This document shows, one piece after another, positions 51,560-63,939 of a stretch of DNA of 64,000 bases. Source of the DNA: Octopus vulgaris (taxonomy: Eukaryota); the NCBI GenBank assembly GCA_951406725.2, contig OX597817.1:91450001-91514000 (forward strand). Direction: 5' to 3'. The first letter of the stretch is position 1. Each line of letters begins with the position of its first letter. The notes beneath the pieces are model-generated. The model did no database searches. It was not told where the DNA came from and saw only the letters and a program-made list of their open reading frames with translations. Both the position numbers and the translations under genes were made by a program.

Positions 51560-53994
51560 AATGAGCTGTGCATTAATACTTTTAAGTTCTTTAAGTATGT
51601 CCTCATTTGTAGTTTTATCCGAAGTATTAGTCTTCTGTGGCATTTTCGGTCTCACGTGTTTTATATATAGGTGAGAAAGTTGGTGTGTGAAAGCACGTGG
51701 TTGAATATATAGAAAATAGTAAAAAGGGAAAAAAACTACAGAAGGCTTGTTTTAAAAGGTTAAAAGATATATATTTGAGTCATTATGTCAGAAGAATGTT
51801 ATAAATTTTTTTCATACAGTGACATAGTTTTTGAAGAAATTACCGGTTTCGTGTTTAACTTTTCAAATTTCTCAAAACATTGTTATGATTTCGTTCGTTA
51901 AGAAGTGTAAAGAAGAGTTCTAGGTAAGGGGAGGTAATAAGTGATTTCTTCCGGTGTAAGGGAGATAATCGCTTAATATTTCTTGCATTTTTTTTAATGG
52001 GGTGAGTTTCTCTGTATAAGAATGTTAGAGTGGTTAAGTTTGGGCTTATATTTTTCAATGAAGAATGTTTCCTTGTTTAGTCTAATTTGTGTTGGTGTTC
52101 CTATAGCACATTGATAAAATGGAAAGATTAAAAATTGTGGTAGTAGTTGCTTTGCGCATTTCTTAATATGCTCACTAAAGGGTATCATTCTGTATTCTGG
52201 GAATGCAATCTGTTGTCGATGCATATCGATAGCCATATCAGAGATGACTCGGATATGTTAAACCACCTTCCAAAAAAAGCCAAGGAAGAAACAATCATGG
52301 TTTCATTTGATGTAGTTAATTTATATACCAGTATACCTCATAATTATGGACTAGAGGCAATACAGTTCTGGCTGGACCAATTTCCAGCAGAAATACCAAA
52401 AAGGATCAGTAAAGAATTCATTACTAAATCGGTTGAATTCATCCTACATGATAACCACTTCATGTTTGACAATACATTTTACCGTCAAAAATCCGGAATT
52501 GCTATGGGTACAAGGGCAGCACCAGTCATTGTGAACCTAACAATGGGCTACCTGGAAATAATTATTTACCAGGAATCTTTATCAACCTTTGGAAACCCCC
52601 TCTCTCAATACATAAAAGAGAATTGGTAACGATTCCTGGACGATTGTTTTATACTCTGGAATGAAAACACAGATAAACTCCTAAAATTCAAAAACCTATT
52701 GAACAGCATCAACCCAAATATACAGTTCACAATGGAATACAACCAAAAGGAGCTCCCATTCTTAGATATACTAATTAAAAAGATTAACCTTAAAATAGAA
52801 ACAGACATTTTTTACAAAGCCACAGATGCCAAACAATACCTACTTTTTGATTCATGCCACCCAAGACACACTAAAACAAACATCCCTTTCAACCTTGCAA
52901 GAAGGATATGCACAATAGTGTCAGAACAAAATACCAGGAACTTTAGACTTCAAGAACTCAAAAACACCCTAATTGACAGACACTACCCAGTTCAACTCAT
53001 AGAGGATGGGATCAGACGTGCAACAGAAATTGACATAGAAACTTTGAGAAAAGTTCAACACAACAACACACCTTCCCCAAAAATACTGCCTTACATATCC
53101 ACATACAACACCAGAAACAAAGAAGCCTTTACCATCATCACCCAGAATTTACCAATACTTCATAAGGACCCCAAATTAAAGGAAATTCTAAACATACATA
53201 AAATAATTAAAAGCTACAAACAACCTAAATCACTTAAAAAGATTCTCACAAAGGCAAAATTGCTTTCTGAAATTACGGATGCAAAAGTAAAAAAATGTGG
53301 TAGACCAAACTGTGCAACATGCCCAAACCTTCTAGAAGGATCAGAATTCCTCTTCAAAGACGGACAAAAATTCAAGATCAAATCTAATTTTACTTGTGCC
53401 TCTGAAAACATAATTTATGTCATAAGATGCTCGGGCTGCCACCAAAACTACGTGGGGTCCACAGGACTATCACTCAGACGTAGATGCACACATCATCGAC
53501 AACAGATTGCATTCCCAGAATACAGAATGATACCCTTTAGTGAGCATATTGAGAAATGTGCAAAGCAACTACTACCACAATTTTTAATCTTTCCATTTTA
53601 TCAATGTGCTATAGGAACACCAACACAAATTGACTAAACAAGAAAACATTCTTCATTGAAAAATATAAGCCCGAACTTAACCACTCTAACATTCTTATAC
53701 AGAGAAACTCACCCCATTAAAAAAAATGCAAGAAATATTAAGCGATTATCTCCCTTACACCGGAAGAAATCACTTATTACCTCCCCTTACCTGGAACTCT
53801 TCTTTACACTTCTTAACGAATGAAATCATAACAATGTTTTGAGAAATTTGAAAAGTTAAACACGAAACCGGTAATTTCTTCAAAAACTATGTCACTGTAT
53901 GAAAAAAATTTATAACATTCTTCTGACATAATGACTCAAATATATATTTTTTAACCTTTTAAAACAAGCCTTCTGTAGTTTTTTCACTTTTTAC

Positions 53995-54000
<6 letters not shown>
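51560..54000 (+). mobile_element. Penelope-like element (RT + GIY-YIG), 5'-truncated with inverted pseudo-LTR
   Basis: SFDVVNLYTSIP, GIAMGT, W*RFLDD, LPFLDI, CGRPNCATC linker, NIIYVIRC...NYVGSTG. About 51705-52222 is the reverse complement of about 53495-54000. Confidence 0.93.
53835..53887 (+). ncRNA. Minimal type I hammerhead, U3-A8 core variant (inverted copy at 51827-51879)
   Basis: GUUUUGA-GAAAU UUGAAAA GU-uaaac-AC GAAA CCG GUA^AUUUC-u-UCAAAAAC, in the pseudo-LTR downstream of the ORF. Confidence 0.65.
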
Positions 54001-54041
<41 letters not shown>

Positions 54042-54799
54042 GTAATCAATAATAATTAGAACAATTATCTCCATTTATTATTATTATTATTGTTATTATT
54101 ATTATTATATATAGTCACTATGCCTGCATGCTCTTTTTAACAGCCACTACTTTACAGAGTGTACTAGGTGCTTTTCTCAGGCCACCAGCATCATTTTTTA
54201 ATATCTGTATCCAATGCTGCCTTGATTTGGGCAATGTGACAGGATCCAATGTGTCTAAGTGCTGCATTGTGCTCTAATGTCTGCTTTGATATGATCTCTA
54301 TACCTGTATGTTCTTCCTAATAGCCACTACTTACAGGGGGTGCTTTTGTTGGGTCACCAATGCTAGTGAGGTCATCAAGCAGCTCACATGACTATGAAAC
54401 CCAAGGAATGGGAGCTATATGCTAGCAGATAAGAATTAAGATGTGTGAGAAGCAGGTGGGAGGGAGCATATGTTTATTGTAGAGGAGCTCCCATTGCTAC
54501 CTGGATACCTCATTACCCCAATTTTTCTTTTCATGGCAACTCACATTGAGGAACTGTGAAGGAAAAAATATGGGTGATGAGGTGTCCAGTTGGGACTTCA
54601 AGGTATGAGTTGAGCTGAAGTGAGTGAGGACAGAAAAACTAGGAGTGTGAGTTAGTGGGGATTTTGCAAGATTAGATGAGAGATTGGCAAGAGATAAGAG
54701 AAATTGGAGAGGGGAAGTGGGCAACATCTGTAAAGATTGGGTAGGGGTAGATGTAGAAAACAATGGATAGAGGTTTAAAAGAAGAGAGAGTGAAGGAGT

Positions 54800-54894
<95 letters not shown>

Positions 54895-54915
54895 GTAGGT
54901 AGATAGATAGACAGA
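54800..54915. repeat. (GATA)n microsatellite (another at 63940-64000)
   Basis: Direct observation. Confidence 0.95.
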
Positions 54916-56554
54916 TAGAGAGGGAGAGAGAGCAGCAACAGGATGGTAAGGATGATGCAGGTGACATGGGGAAGACAAGAGTGAAATGACAAGTGATAAT
55001 GTAGGCTGCTGGGGAATAAGAGAAAGAGAGGTAAGCATAGTGCATTAGAAAAGATAATTTGGTGGTCCAGTGTGGGGAGGGAGAGGGAAAGGGGAAAGAT
55101 CAATGTGCATGTGTGTGAGAGAGTGTGTGTGTGTTTTACATCTTACACACACACACACACATTCTGATATACTCATTTATCTGTCCAGTTACTGCATTTT
55201 AAGATCAATGACAAAAACTTCCATTGGCCATAAGAAACACAGATGATAAAGATCTTGTCTCATGAAAACTTAACACACAGCATGATCGGAAATTCTTTCA
55301 CAGGAAGCTTAGATAATTTTGTATGATCAAAACTGACAATAGCGTCTTCATAATTGTCATAGCAATAATGGTAGAGGCTGCAATACTTTTGTTCAGAAAG
55401 ATAGTAAGGTATGATACTGAAGAATTACATTGGGACTAAAGAACTGAATTGAAAATCATTGTGGCATGTAAGAAATGTGTCTTTGATTTTTGTTTCAAAA
55501 ATGGTAGAAATAGAATGATATGAAATTTCTTTTGTAAAGATATTGAAAACTTATATCTGGGAGTAAATGTAGGAACGTTACAAAGAAAACATATAAATGC
55601 AACAAGATTTGATTATAAACATGAAGGTGAATGAAACAAAGAAAGGAAAAATGCAACAAGACTACTTACAGGATTTGAACTCAAAATGTAAAGGGATTTA
55701 ACTAAACACCACAAAGCAATTTTATCCACTGGTTTACTGATTGTTTGGTCCACTAACTTTAATAGTAATAATAGTAATTAGTTTTTAAACTGATGGAACA
55801 GGTTCATGTGTCTGTTGCTTATCATTCCCTCTTATCAACTTATATAAACCATGTTGTTTTTCTGATAGTTTAACTAGTGGGATTTGAACACAAAACATCA
55901 ACATATGAAACTAAATAATGTTAGGTATTCAACCCGATGTTCTATGAATTGAATCATCCATTTAATAATGATGCCTGACTCAAGGGAGTTAAGAGAATCA
56001 TATTTAATGGACAGATGGACTCAGAATGTAAAGGGATGTAACTAAATACCACAATGCATTATATATAAAGCTCTACTGATTTTGCTTGTCCACAACAATT
56101 AACATCAATTATTATCATTATTTTTCATAATCACTTTTAATAACTTCTTTAATAATAATGATTTGTAACATATTGCTTTTAAATTTTGGCACAAGGCCAG
56201 CAATTTTGGGGTGGGCATAAGTTGATTATATCAACTCCAGTGTTCAACTGGTACTTATTTTATCAACCCCTAAAAGAATGAAAGGCAATATTGACCATGG
56301 TGGAATTTGAACTCAGGACATAAAGATGGCTGAAATGCTGCTACTAAGTATTTTGCTGAGTGTGTTACTCTTGATATGTAGTTATCATGTTGCACACATA
56401 TGATTGTGATGCATGTGCTTGGTGCACCCTCATCAGACAAGTAGTCATGTTGGGTATTTTGGGCTTTGTATATTTGTACCCCAAGGTCACTTTGATGGCA
56501 TGCTCTATTCTCTCACTCAATAATAATAATAATAATGATAATGATAATAATACT

Positions 56555-59000
56555 TTCTTTATTGGCCACCAGGTCCAAACACAAAACAAAGGACAATACA
56601 CAGATGATGGACAGTGGGAGTAAATGTATAAACAACAAAAAAAAACACAAACACAACAATTAACAAGGATATTGGTGAGGGGAATGTACTTCCTCGATGG
56701 CGGAGAGTTCAACCAAGAAGTGACCAAAGAAGCCTCACACACTTTGGACCCCCTAACACCAAAGGCACCTCAGGCAGACACCTCTCTCCTCTATATTCCA
56801 TCCAGCTTACAGACAGATACTTAGAGTCTCACATGAGCCATTCTTGCCACATTCACCCACCTTTCAACAAACTTATTGGGTGATAGCACCTCCCTCTCCT
56901 GCCTCACTTTCCTTTTCAGGTGTAAGCTGAAAAAGTTAATGAGGCCTTGGCCAAAGAGGAAGGTATTCGTCTTCAACTCTTTCAATTGCGTCCACCACAC
57001 AACCTCTTTCACCATAGCTACCAGACAGACAAAAACTGCCTGTCCTTCCTGGCCAAAGGAAGGAGGTGGGGCAATCTTCATGATGGACTCGGATGATAGC
57101 TGGATCTGTCCTACACGAGACAATAACTGTTCCACGAAGCTCCACAAGTCGGACACTGTGTGAACACTGTACAAGAGCATGCAGAACGGTTTCATCACTC
57201 CATGTGCATCTCAGACAAGCCTGTCTGACTTGCACACCTATGCCTGTAGGGCTTATCATGAACCGGCAGAGGCCCTGGTAACTCTGCAAGGCCAAGGATT
57301 TCTGGAAGTCGTCCTCTCTCTGTGGAAGTGAATTCGTGTTTGTCTGTTTATCTTTTTCTGCATGTTTGTTTTGTTTCTTGATACTTGGTCTTATTTCGGG
57401 GATTCAAACTTTTATTGTTCTCTTCCCATGTAGGATGGGTACGTTATAAGCTGGTCAGTTTTAAGGACTGAGATTATTACCAAAACTTTGGGCTCTTTGA
57501 CTGAATTTGACATCTCGGATCTTTTCCTTTTGAACGGCACCTTTCAACACAATTTCTAGTTAACTAAACACTTTTAAATTTCGTATACTGGTAGAATGTG
57601 TTTATAAAACATCATTTTTTCTTGGCTTTATCGAGAAAATTCTATAGTTTGTAAGATATTTCGTCTGAAATTTCGAGCATTCCGGCAATTTTAACCAATC
57701 GCTGGAGTCCATTTAGGTAAACAACATTCTGTGCTGTATGAATACAAATTCAATGGAATTTGTATCCTTGTGGTACCAGTGCCGGTGGCACATAAGAAAA
57801 CCATCCGAACGTGGCCATAGCCAGTACCGCATCGACTGGCCTCCGTGCTGTGGCCACGTAACAAACACCATCCGATCGTGGCCGTTCGCCATCCTCGTCT
57901 GGCACCTGTGTCGGTGGCACATTAAAAACACCATCCGAGCGTGGCCATCTGCCAGCCTTGTCTGGCACCTGTGTCGGTGGCACATAAAATCACCCACTAC
58001 ACTCTCGGAGTGGTTGGCGTTAGGAAGAGCATCCAGCTGTAGAAACACTGCCAGATCTGACTGGCCTGGTGAAGCCTCTGGGCTTGCCAGACCCTAGTTG
58101 AACCGTCCAACCCATGCTAGCATGGAAAGCAGACGTTAAACGATGATGATGATGATGATGATGATTCTACCAGTATACGAAGTTTAAAAGTGTTTAGTTG
58201 ACTAGAAATTATATTACAAAGTGCCGTTCAAAAGGAAAAGATCCGACATCTCTCAGACTGATCTCAATGCCATCTCCTTATGAAGGTGGAAGGGTTCTGC
58301 TCTTCAAGACTGCACCGAGACGCACTTATACTTTACTGTCCTCTTCTCAATATCTGCCTCCACTTCAATTGAGATTGCAAGGTTTGCCCAGGTTTTTATC
58401 TCTTTTTATGAGTTTGTGGGCCATGGCTAACATCTCATAGTACTTTTGTTGGCATTTCACAGCTGCTGCTGCAAAAGTACTTGTTCTGCTATCACTGTTG
58501 AGGGTGGTGATGGGATCATTCACGTTGTCATAGCTATTGTTACTTCTAAATACACCCCTCCCCTCCGTTGCTTGTGTTGATGTTGGTATTGGTTGTATTC
58601 TCGATGTTTTTGTTGTTATTCATTTGGTTATTGTTTTCTGTTAAGCTTCCCTACTCCATGTTGCTGTAGCTGATGTTGTCTGTGTTGATATCAGTTATCA
58701 TGGTATTTTCCACATTATTTCTGTTTGGGGAGTTGGCAGTTACATGTGTGTTGTCTATACGACTATTGAGTGAGTGTGTGTACTCCATTGTGTCATTTTT
58801 CTCTGTCATAATACTTCTTTGGTCTTTGTGGTTAATTTTATTGCTGTCCATAGAGCCTGTGGTTCGTTTGGATTCATTATCAGTTTTGTCCTCATAATTG
58901 TTACTTGTGTCAGTGAAAATTATATTTTCATGACGTTTCCTGCTATCACAAACTGGTTTATTTTGCATTAGAAAGTAATGCCTCTCCACGCTTGCGAATG
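56555..59000 (-). mobile_element. Internally deleted Tx1/L1-like LINE (ORF1-like 5' part + ORF2 3' end), interrupted by a MITE
   Basis: CLRC...ETVLHALVQC zinc knuckle, FVERWV C-terminus and aataaa at the 3' end. The upstream Asn/Thr-rich, TFAAAAVK and PSYMG segments are inferred to be ORF1. Confidence 0.6.
57517..58244. mobile_element. Merlin-like MITE with perfect 8-bp TSD, containing an RTE 3' UTR (about 57745-58165)
   Basis: gacatctc|ggatcttttccttttgaacggcac ... gtgccgttcaaaaggaaaagatcc|gacatctc. Confidence 0.88.
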
Positions 59001-59259
59001 GGTAAATATTTCACAAATAACAATTTCAAATACTTATATTTGGGCACAAGGCCCAAATATTATTCAGTTCTTTTTCTGGGGGCAAAGATTATAGTCTTAT
59101 GCTCCCTTTTAAATAATAATATCAATGAATACAGTAGTTTTGATATACCTGTCAAGCTTCCACCTATGTTCTAGCCTTCCAATTGAAAGTATAACAATAG
59201 TAATAATACTGATGATGATGATGATGATGATGATTTCAAAAATACATTGTTCTACTCAC

Positions 59260-59379
59260 CAACACATTCACTTCCAGCCAAATCTACAAGCTGCAGTTTA
59301 GTTTTAATAACACTGGGGTTGGGTGAAGAAACATTTGGTGGGGTGGTTCTACCCCTTTCTTTACTCAGGGGTAAATTTG
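59260..59379 (-). CDS. KIF25: Internal exon (120 nt, phase 1/1) of the KIF25-like kinesin, switch II
   Basis: Minus strand reads tttgcag|CA AAT TTA...TGT GTT G|gtgagt and translates NLPLSKERGRTTPPNVSSPNPSVIKTKLQLVDLAGSECV. It joins the 2546-2701 exon in frame (G+GA=Gly) to give DLAGSECVGLSGV, which matches KIF25 rather than the usual DLAGSER. Confidence 0.93.
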
Positions 59380-59637
59380 CTGCAAATTAAAACAAAGTCA
59401 TAGAAAATAATAAGACGCTTGACAAAAAAAAAAAAATATATATATATGTGTGTGTGTGTGTATCAAGTAGCTAGCATGTAAAATACCGATTGAAGTAAAA
59501 ATTAATACAAAGTATTTAATTTTATAAATGCAATTATAAAATTATAAGGGCAACTACCAAGTAATGCGACATGCTAGAAGATGCCAAATGGCTCTAAAAC
59601 TACTTTTATAATTATATTTATAAAAATAAATACTTTG

Positions 59638-59671
<34 letters not shown>

Positions 59672-59681
59672 CATATATATA

Positions 59682-61681
59682 TTCTGAATTGCAAAAGAAA
59701 CGCAATATTTTCAAATGTCATTTTTATATGGTAAATTCTGAAAATTTATTTCAAGTATGTAAGTATAAATATTCTAAGACATGCTGGTTTATGGACGAGA
59801 CCCAAATTGCAGGTAACCTTTAAAATTTATTTGAATTGAGACACCAAAATACAGCTGTGTTGAATGCCGTAGGTGGTAGTCACAAACAATTGTCATAGAA
59901 ACCAAAATGCACATGCATCTCACGGAGGTTATGAGTATAAAAATCAACTTGAACCATGTTCCTAGCATACATAATTTGGATGCTTCAGGTATTAACCAAT
60001 TGTCAACAATGCAGAGAGAACAAGCTATTGGCTGATTGCAAGCAGAGCAGTGTGCCCTGGTTGTTGCAAAAGCATACAATGTCCATATCAGCACCACCTA
60101 TTGCTTGCAACAGTGCTACAACAATACCAACAGCACTGCAGACCATGCCCGCAGAGGGCCCCTTTGGGTGACCATGCCCAGGTAGGACCATTTCATCCAC
60201 CTGCAACACGTCCATGATCACTTCAGACCAGCCAGTGTGACAGCTTGCAAGACCATAGGCACTGGACAGCAACTCATCAGCAACGACACAGTACAACGTT
60301 GCCCAGCCACTAGCAACCTGCATTGCCATTGTTCTGCTCAAAGGCCTGTCCTCATCACCCACCACTATCAGGCCCAACTTCAGTGGGCTACACAGCACCG
60401 ATATTGGCAGCATCAACAATGCAGATCTGACGAGAGCCAGTACTGCATTTCCACCTCAGATGCAGGCAGAATTAGGGTGTGGCATAGGAGGGGTGAACAC
60501 TACAGAGATGCATGTGTCATGGAGAGAGACACATGGGGTGGTCAAAGCATCATGGTTTGGGGTGATATAGGCCTGAATCAGAGAATTGGGTCCCATGTGT
60601 TCCAAAATATTGGTGCAGGCAAAGGGAATGGCATCACAGTGCAGTGCTACATTGACCAGATCCTAAGACCTCACATCATGCCCTTCCTTGTGCATCACCA
60701 TAGCCACATCAAATCTAAGTAGAGACTTCAAACTTGAAATCTTCAAAGCCACAGTCGAACCAATTCTACTATATGGCTCAGAAACCTGGACGTTATCAAA
60801 GAAGCTTGAGAGGCAGTTGGATGGAACCTACACTCGCCTCCTTATGGGAGCTCAAAATCTCTCGTGGAAGTGTCATCCAACCAAAATGCAAATATATGGG
60901 AAACTACCACCTGTGTCATCTCTTGTGAAAGGTAGGAGAGTCCAGTTTGCTGGACATTGTTGTAGAGCTGAAAACGAGACAATTTCTACTCTTCTCCTCT
61001 GGAAGCCATCTACTCGCAATACCAGAGGGCGCACACTCTCCTACCCTGATGTAATCTCCAGGGATACAGGCATCCAGCAACAGGACCTCCGTAATGCCAT
61101 GATGGACCGTGAAGTCTGGCGTAGCATGGTAAATTCCATTGTCTCGACCATGGTCGAACGATGATGATGATAGCCACATGTTTCAGCAGGACAATGCTCC
61201 CTCCCACATGGCCAGGATCACCATGGACTTCCTGCATCAGCACAACATCAGAACCATGCCATGACTGGCTCTCAGCCCAGATTTAAACCCAACTGAACAT
61301 CTGCAGGATGAAATCCAGAGATGGCTGAGCCAGGTGATACCAAGGTTAACAACTCATGAGGAACTGGAGGCAGCTTTCCTCAGGGTGTGGGCACAAGTGT
61401 CAATGGTTTTTGCAAACTGCCTCATGCACTTCGTATACCGATAGTGTATGGCTGTTTCAAACACCCAGGGAGGGTATACACAGTATTGAACATGTTACGC
61501 CCTTCAGTCTCGATGTGCTGGATCCACCCACTACCAGAACACATGGCAACGACCCATAAACTGTGGTTAAAGTGCATTCAAGAAATTGACTTTATCAGAT
61601 TTATCAAAATTTATCTCTGACAATGAAATTAAAACATATTTCACAGTCACACATGTCTCGTGTTTCTTTTTGCTGTTCAGT

Positions 61682-61682
<1 letters not shown>
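59682..61682 (+). mobile_element. Tc1-like transposon pseudogene, interrupted by a LINE fragment
   Basis: Imperfect TIRs ttctgaattgcaaaagaaacg / tgtttctttttgctgttcagtg with TA flanks; SDESQY, SIMVWG, FQQDNAP, SPDLNPTEHL. Confidence 0.85.
60710..61169 (+). mobile_element. 5'-truncated RTE-like LINE with 10-bp TSD
   Basis: FKATVEPILLYGSETW...DREVWR; (GAT)n tail; TSD atagccacat at 60700-60709 and 61170-61179. Confidence 0.88.
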
Positions 61683-61719
<37 letters not shown>

Positions 61720-61734
61720 AAATAATTAACGTAG

Positions 61735-62240
61735 ACAGCAGTTTAGCAATATGTTGCCAAAAAGGAAAACTATAATTGTCATTAAATATAACTGAGGGTG
61801 TTTGAACATCTACAATGCCAGAAATCAGAGCTAAAGTGCCCTAATGCTGCAGTCAAAACACATAACAGTATACATACATACTGACATCGATCATAATTGC
61901 CTGAAAGCAGCAGTCGAAATATCCCTATACTAACTAGACAGTTTCAACTTTACACCAGTAGGGTCGGCTCAACTTGGCTGATTTTGGACAAAACTGTCAT
62001 CAGTATATGTTACCACATCATAGAAATCTATGGATGATTTAACGAATCGTTAATGTGTATACAAATAATTAATGCAGGCAGGGGTTTAGCAATGTGTTAC
62101 CAAAAAGGAAAACTATAATTGTCATGAAATATGACTGAGGGTGTCAGAACATAACAATGCTAGAAATAAGAGCTAAAGTGCTCTAATGCTGCAGTCAAAG
62201 CACATAATTGTATGCATACATACTGACAGTGACCATAATC
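61735..62240 (-). repeat. Diverged ~160-bp direct repeats (period about 345 bp) bracketing a hammerhead-like motif
   Basis: gtttagcaat...aaaaaggaaaactataattgtcat...catacatactgaca at about 61740 and 62085; minus-strand CUGAUGA...GAAA at 62003-61942. Confidence 0.65.
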
Positions 62241-63363
62241 ATCCGTAATATATAGAGATCGTCATTTAACATCCATGTTCCTTGCTGGCATTGGTGGACA
62301 GTTTGACAAAATCTGAATGTCTCCAAGGAATGCATGCAGTTCCAGTGTCTAACTTGGCATAGTTTTTATAGCTAGATACCCTTCCTAATGGCAACCAATT
62401 TATGGTGTAGCCTAGGTGTTTTTTTTTTGTGCCACCTACACTACTGAGTTCACCATGTGGTTCATGAGACTGTGAGCACTGGGGGAATTGGTGTGTGGTC
62501 GTCTCCATGCTAGGGACAAAGAAATTATGAGAGAAGGAGGAAGAACAGGTTCTTTCTGAGGGATCTGCATAGCTCCTCGCATTTAGTAGAGGGAAAAGGA
62601 GGAGGAAAAAAAGAGAAAGGGAAAAAGGTCAGTAGGAATTGCAAGAGATAGACAATGAAAATAAGGTGTCTTGGTGGGCCCTAAAAGGCACAAAGTGAGT
62701 AGAAGTGGATGGGTGAGTGGTTTGCAAGATTGGAAAAGTGAATGAGGGGTTGGAGACTGACTGCTAAAAACAGGTAGGATTGAAGGGTGAATGATATAAA
62801 ACTATGAACTGGGGAGATAGAGAGATGCAGTCTTCCACATCCCTCTGTCTCCCCAGTGAGTAACAGAAGTAGTAAATATGATGCAGTCGCTGGTGGTGGG
62901 GGAGGGCAGAGAGAAACATTATGTGTATGTATGTACATCTTTTTTATCTTTTCATTTCTTTTTCTTTCTTTCAGTCATTAGACTGTGGTCATGCTGGGGC
63001 ACTGCCTTGAAGAAGTTTTAGCTGAATGAATCGACCCCAATACTTATTATGTTTTGCAAGGCCTGGTACTTATTCCATCAGTCTCTTTTGCCAAACTGCT
63101 AAGCTATGGGTAAGTAAACACACCAACACTGGTTGTCAAGCACACATACACACACACACATACACACTTCAAAAATAGGTTAAAGGTGATATATTATTGT
63201 GGTGGGTACCATGTTTTCTCTCAACGCAGTTTCAGATGCTGGCTAACCACATCGGTTCATATATAATATATGAGCTAACAACGAGTTGTCAAGCACTGGT
63301 AACTTCTCTAGGGTAATTCTGTGTGTCTTGTTCAAGACTGCATATGTTCCGTAGAGTAATTAA

Positions 63364-63515
63364 TAACATTAATAATCATAAAGAGAATGGAGATTTTTCA
63401 CATCCATAAATTTTATTTAACAGTTATTTTCTCTGGAGAATGTGCTGTAAATAACTGTTAAAATAAAATTTATGGATGTGAAAAATCTCCATTCTCCCTA
63501 TCATGATTAATGTTA
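63364..63515. repeat. Palindrome with ~65-bp arms
   Basis: gagaatggagatttttcacatccataaattttatttaacagttattt / aaataactgttaaaataaaatttatggatgtgaaaaatctccattctc. Confidence 0.85.
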
Positions 63516-63536
63516 TATATATATATATACATATAC

Positions 63537-63589
<53 letters not shown>

Positions 63590-63696
63590 TAAAAACGGTA
63601 AGATAACAAAAGAAACTCAGAGTTTTATCTTGACTATTGAGTAAATGTAACATATTATTTTATATATATATATATATACACACATATATATATACT

Positions 63697-63762
<66 letters not shown>

Positions 63763-63939
63763 ACTTTTTTCAGTTTCACTCACAAGCCTTTGGTCATCCT
63801 GAGGTTATATTAGAAGACACTTTCCCAACATGTCACACAGTAGGACTGAACCCAAAACCATGTAATTAGGAAGCAAGCTTCTTGCCACACAACCACACCT
63901 GTGCCTATATAAAGAAATGGCTGGATAGATTGATAAATT

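Larger units (their letters stand above)
2702..59259 (-). other. About 56.6-kb GT-AG intron of the KIF25-like gene
   Basis: Bounded by gtgagt (59259) and tttcag (2702) on the minus strand. The two flanking exons are contiguous in the motor-domain sequence. Confidence 0.85.

Noticed and set aside
58651-58989. Extra kinesin exon or nested host gene
   Set aside because: Low-complexity Asn/Thr-rich ORF continuous with a Tx1-like remnant; the kinesin exons already join without it.
1675-62010. Selection against hammerheads on the host sense strand
   Set aside because: Broken cores occur on both strands (e.g. 2410+, 11540+, 16410-, 39560-), intact ones also occur on the sense strand, and CGAAA->CAAAA is an expected CpG mutation.
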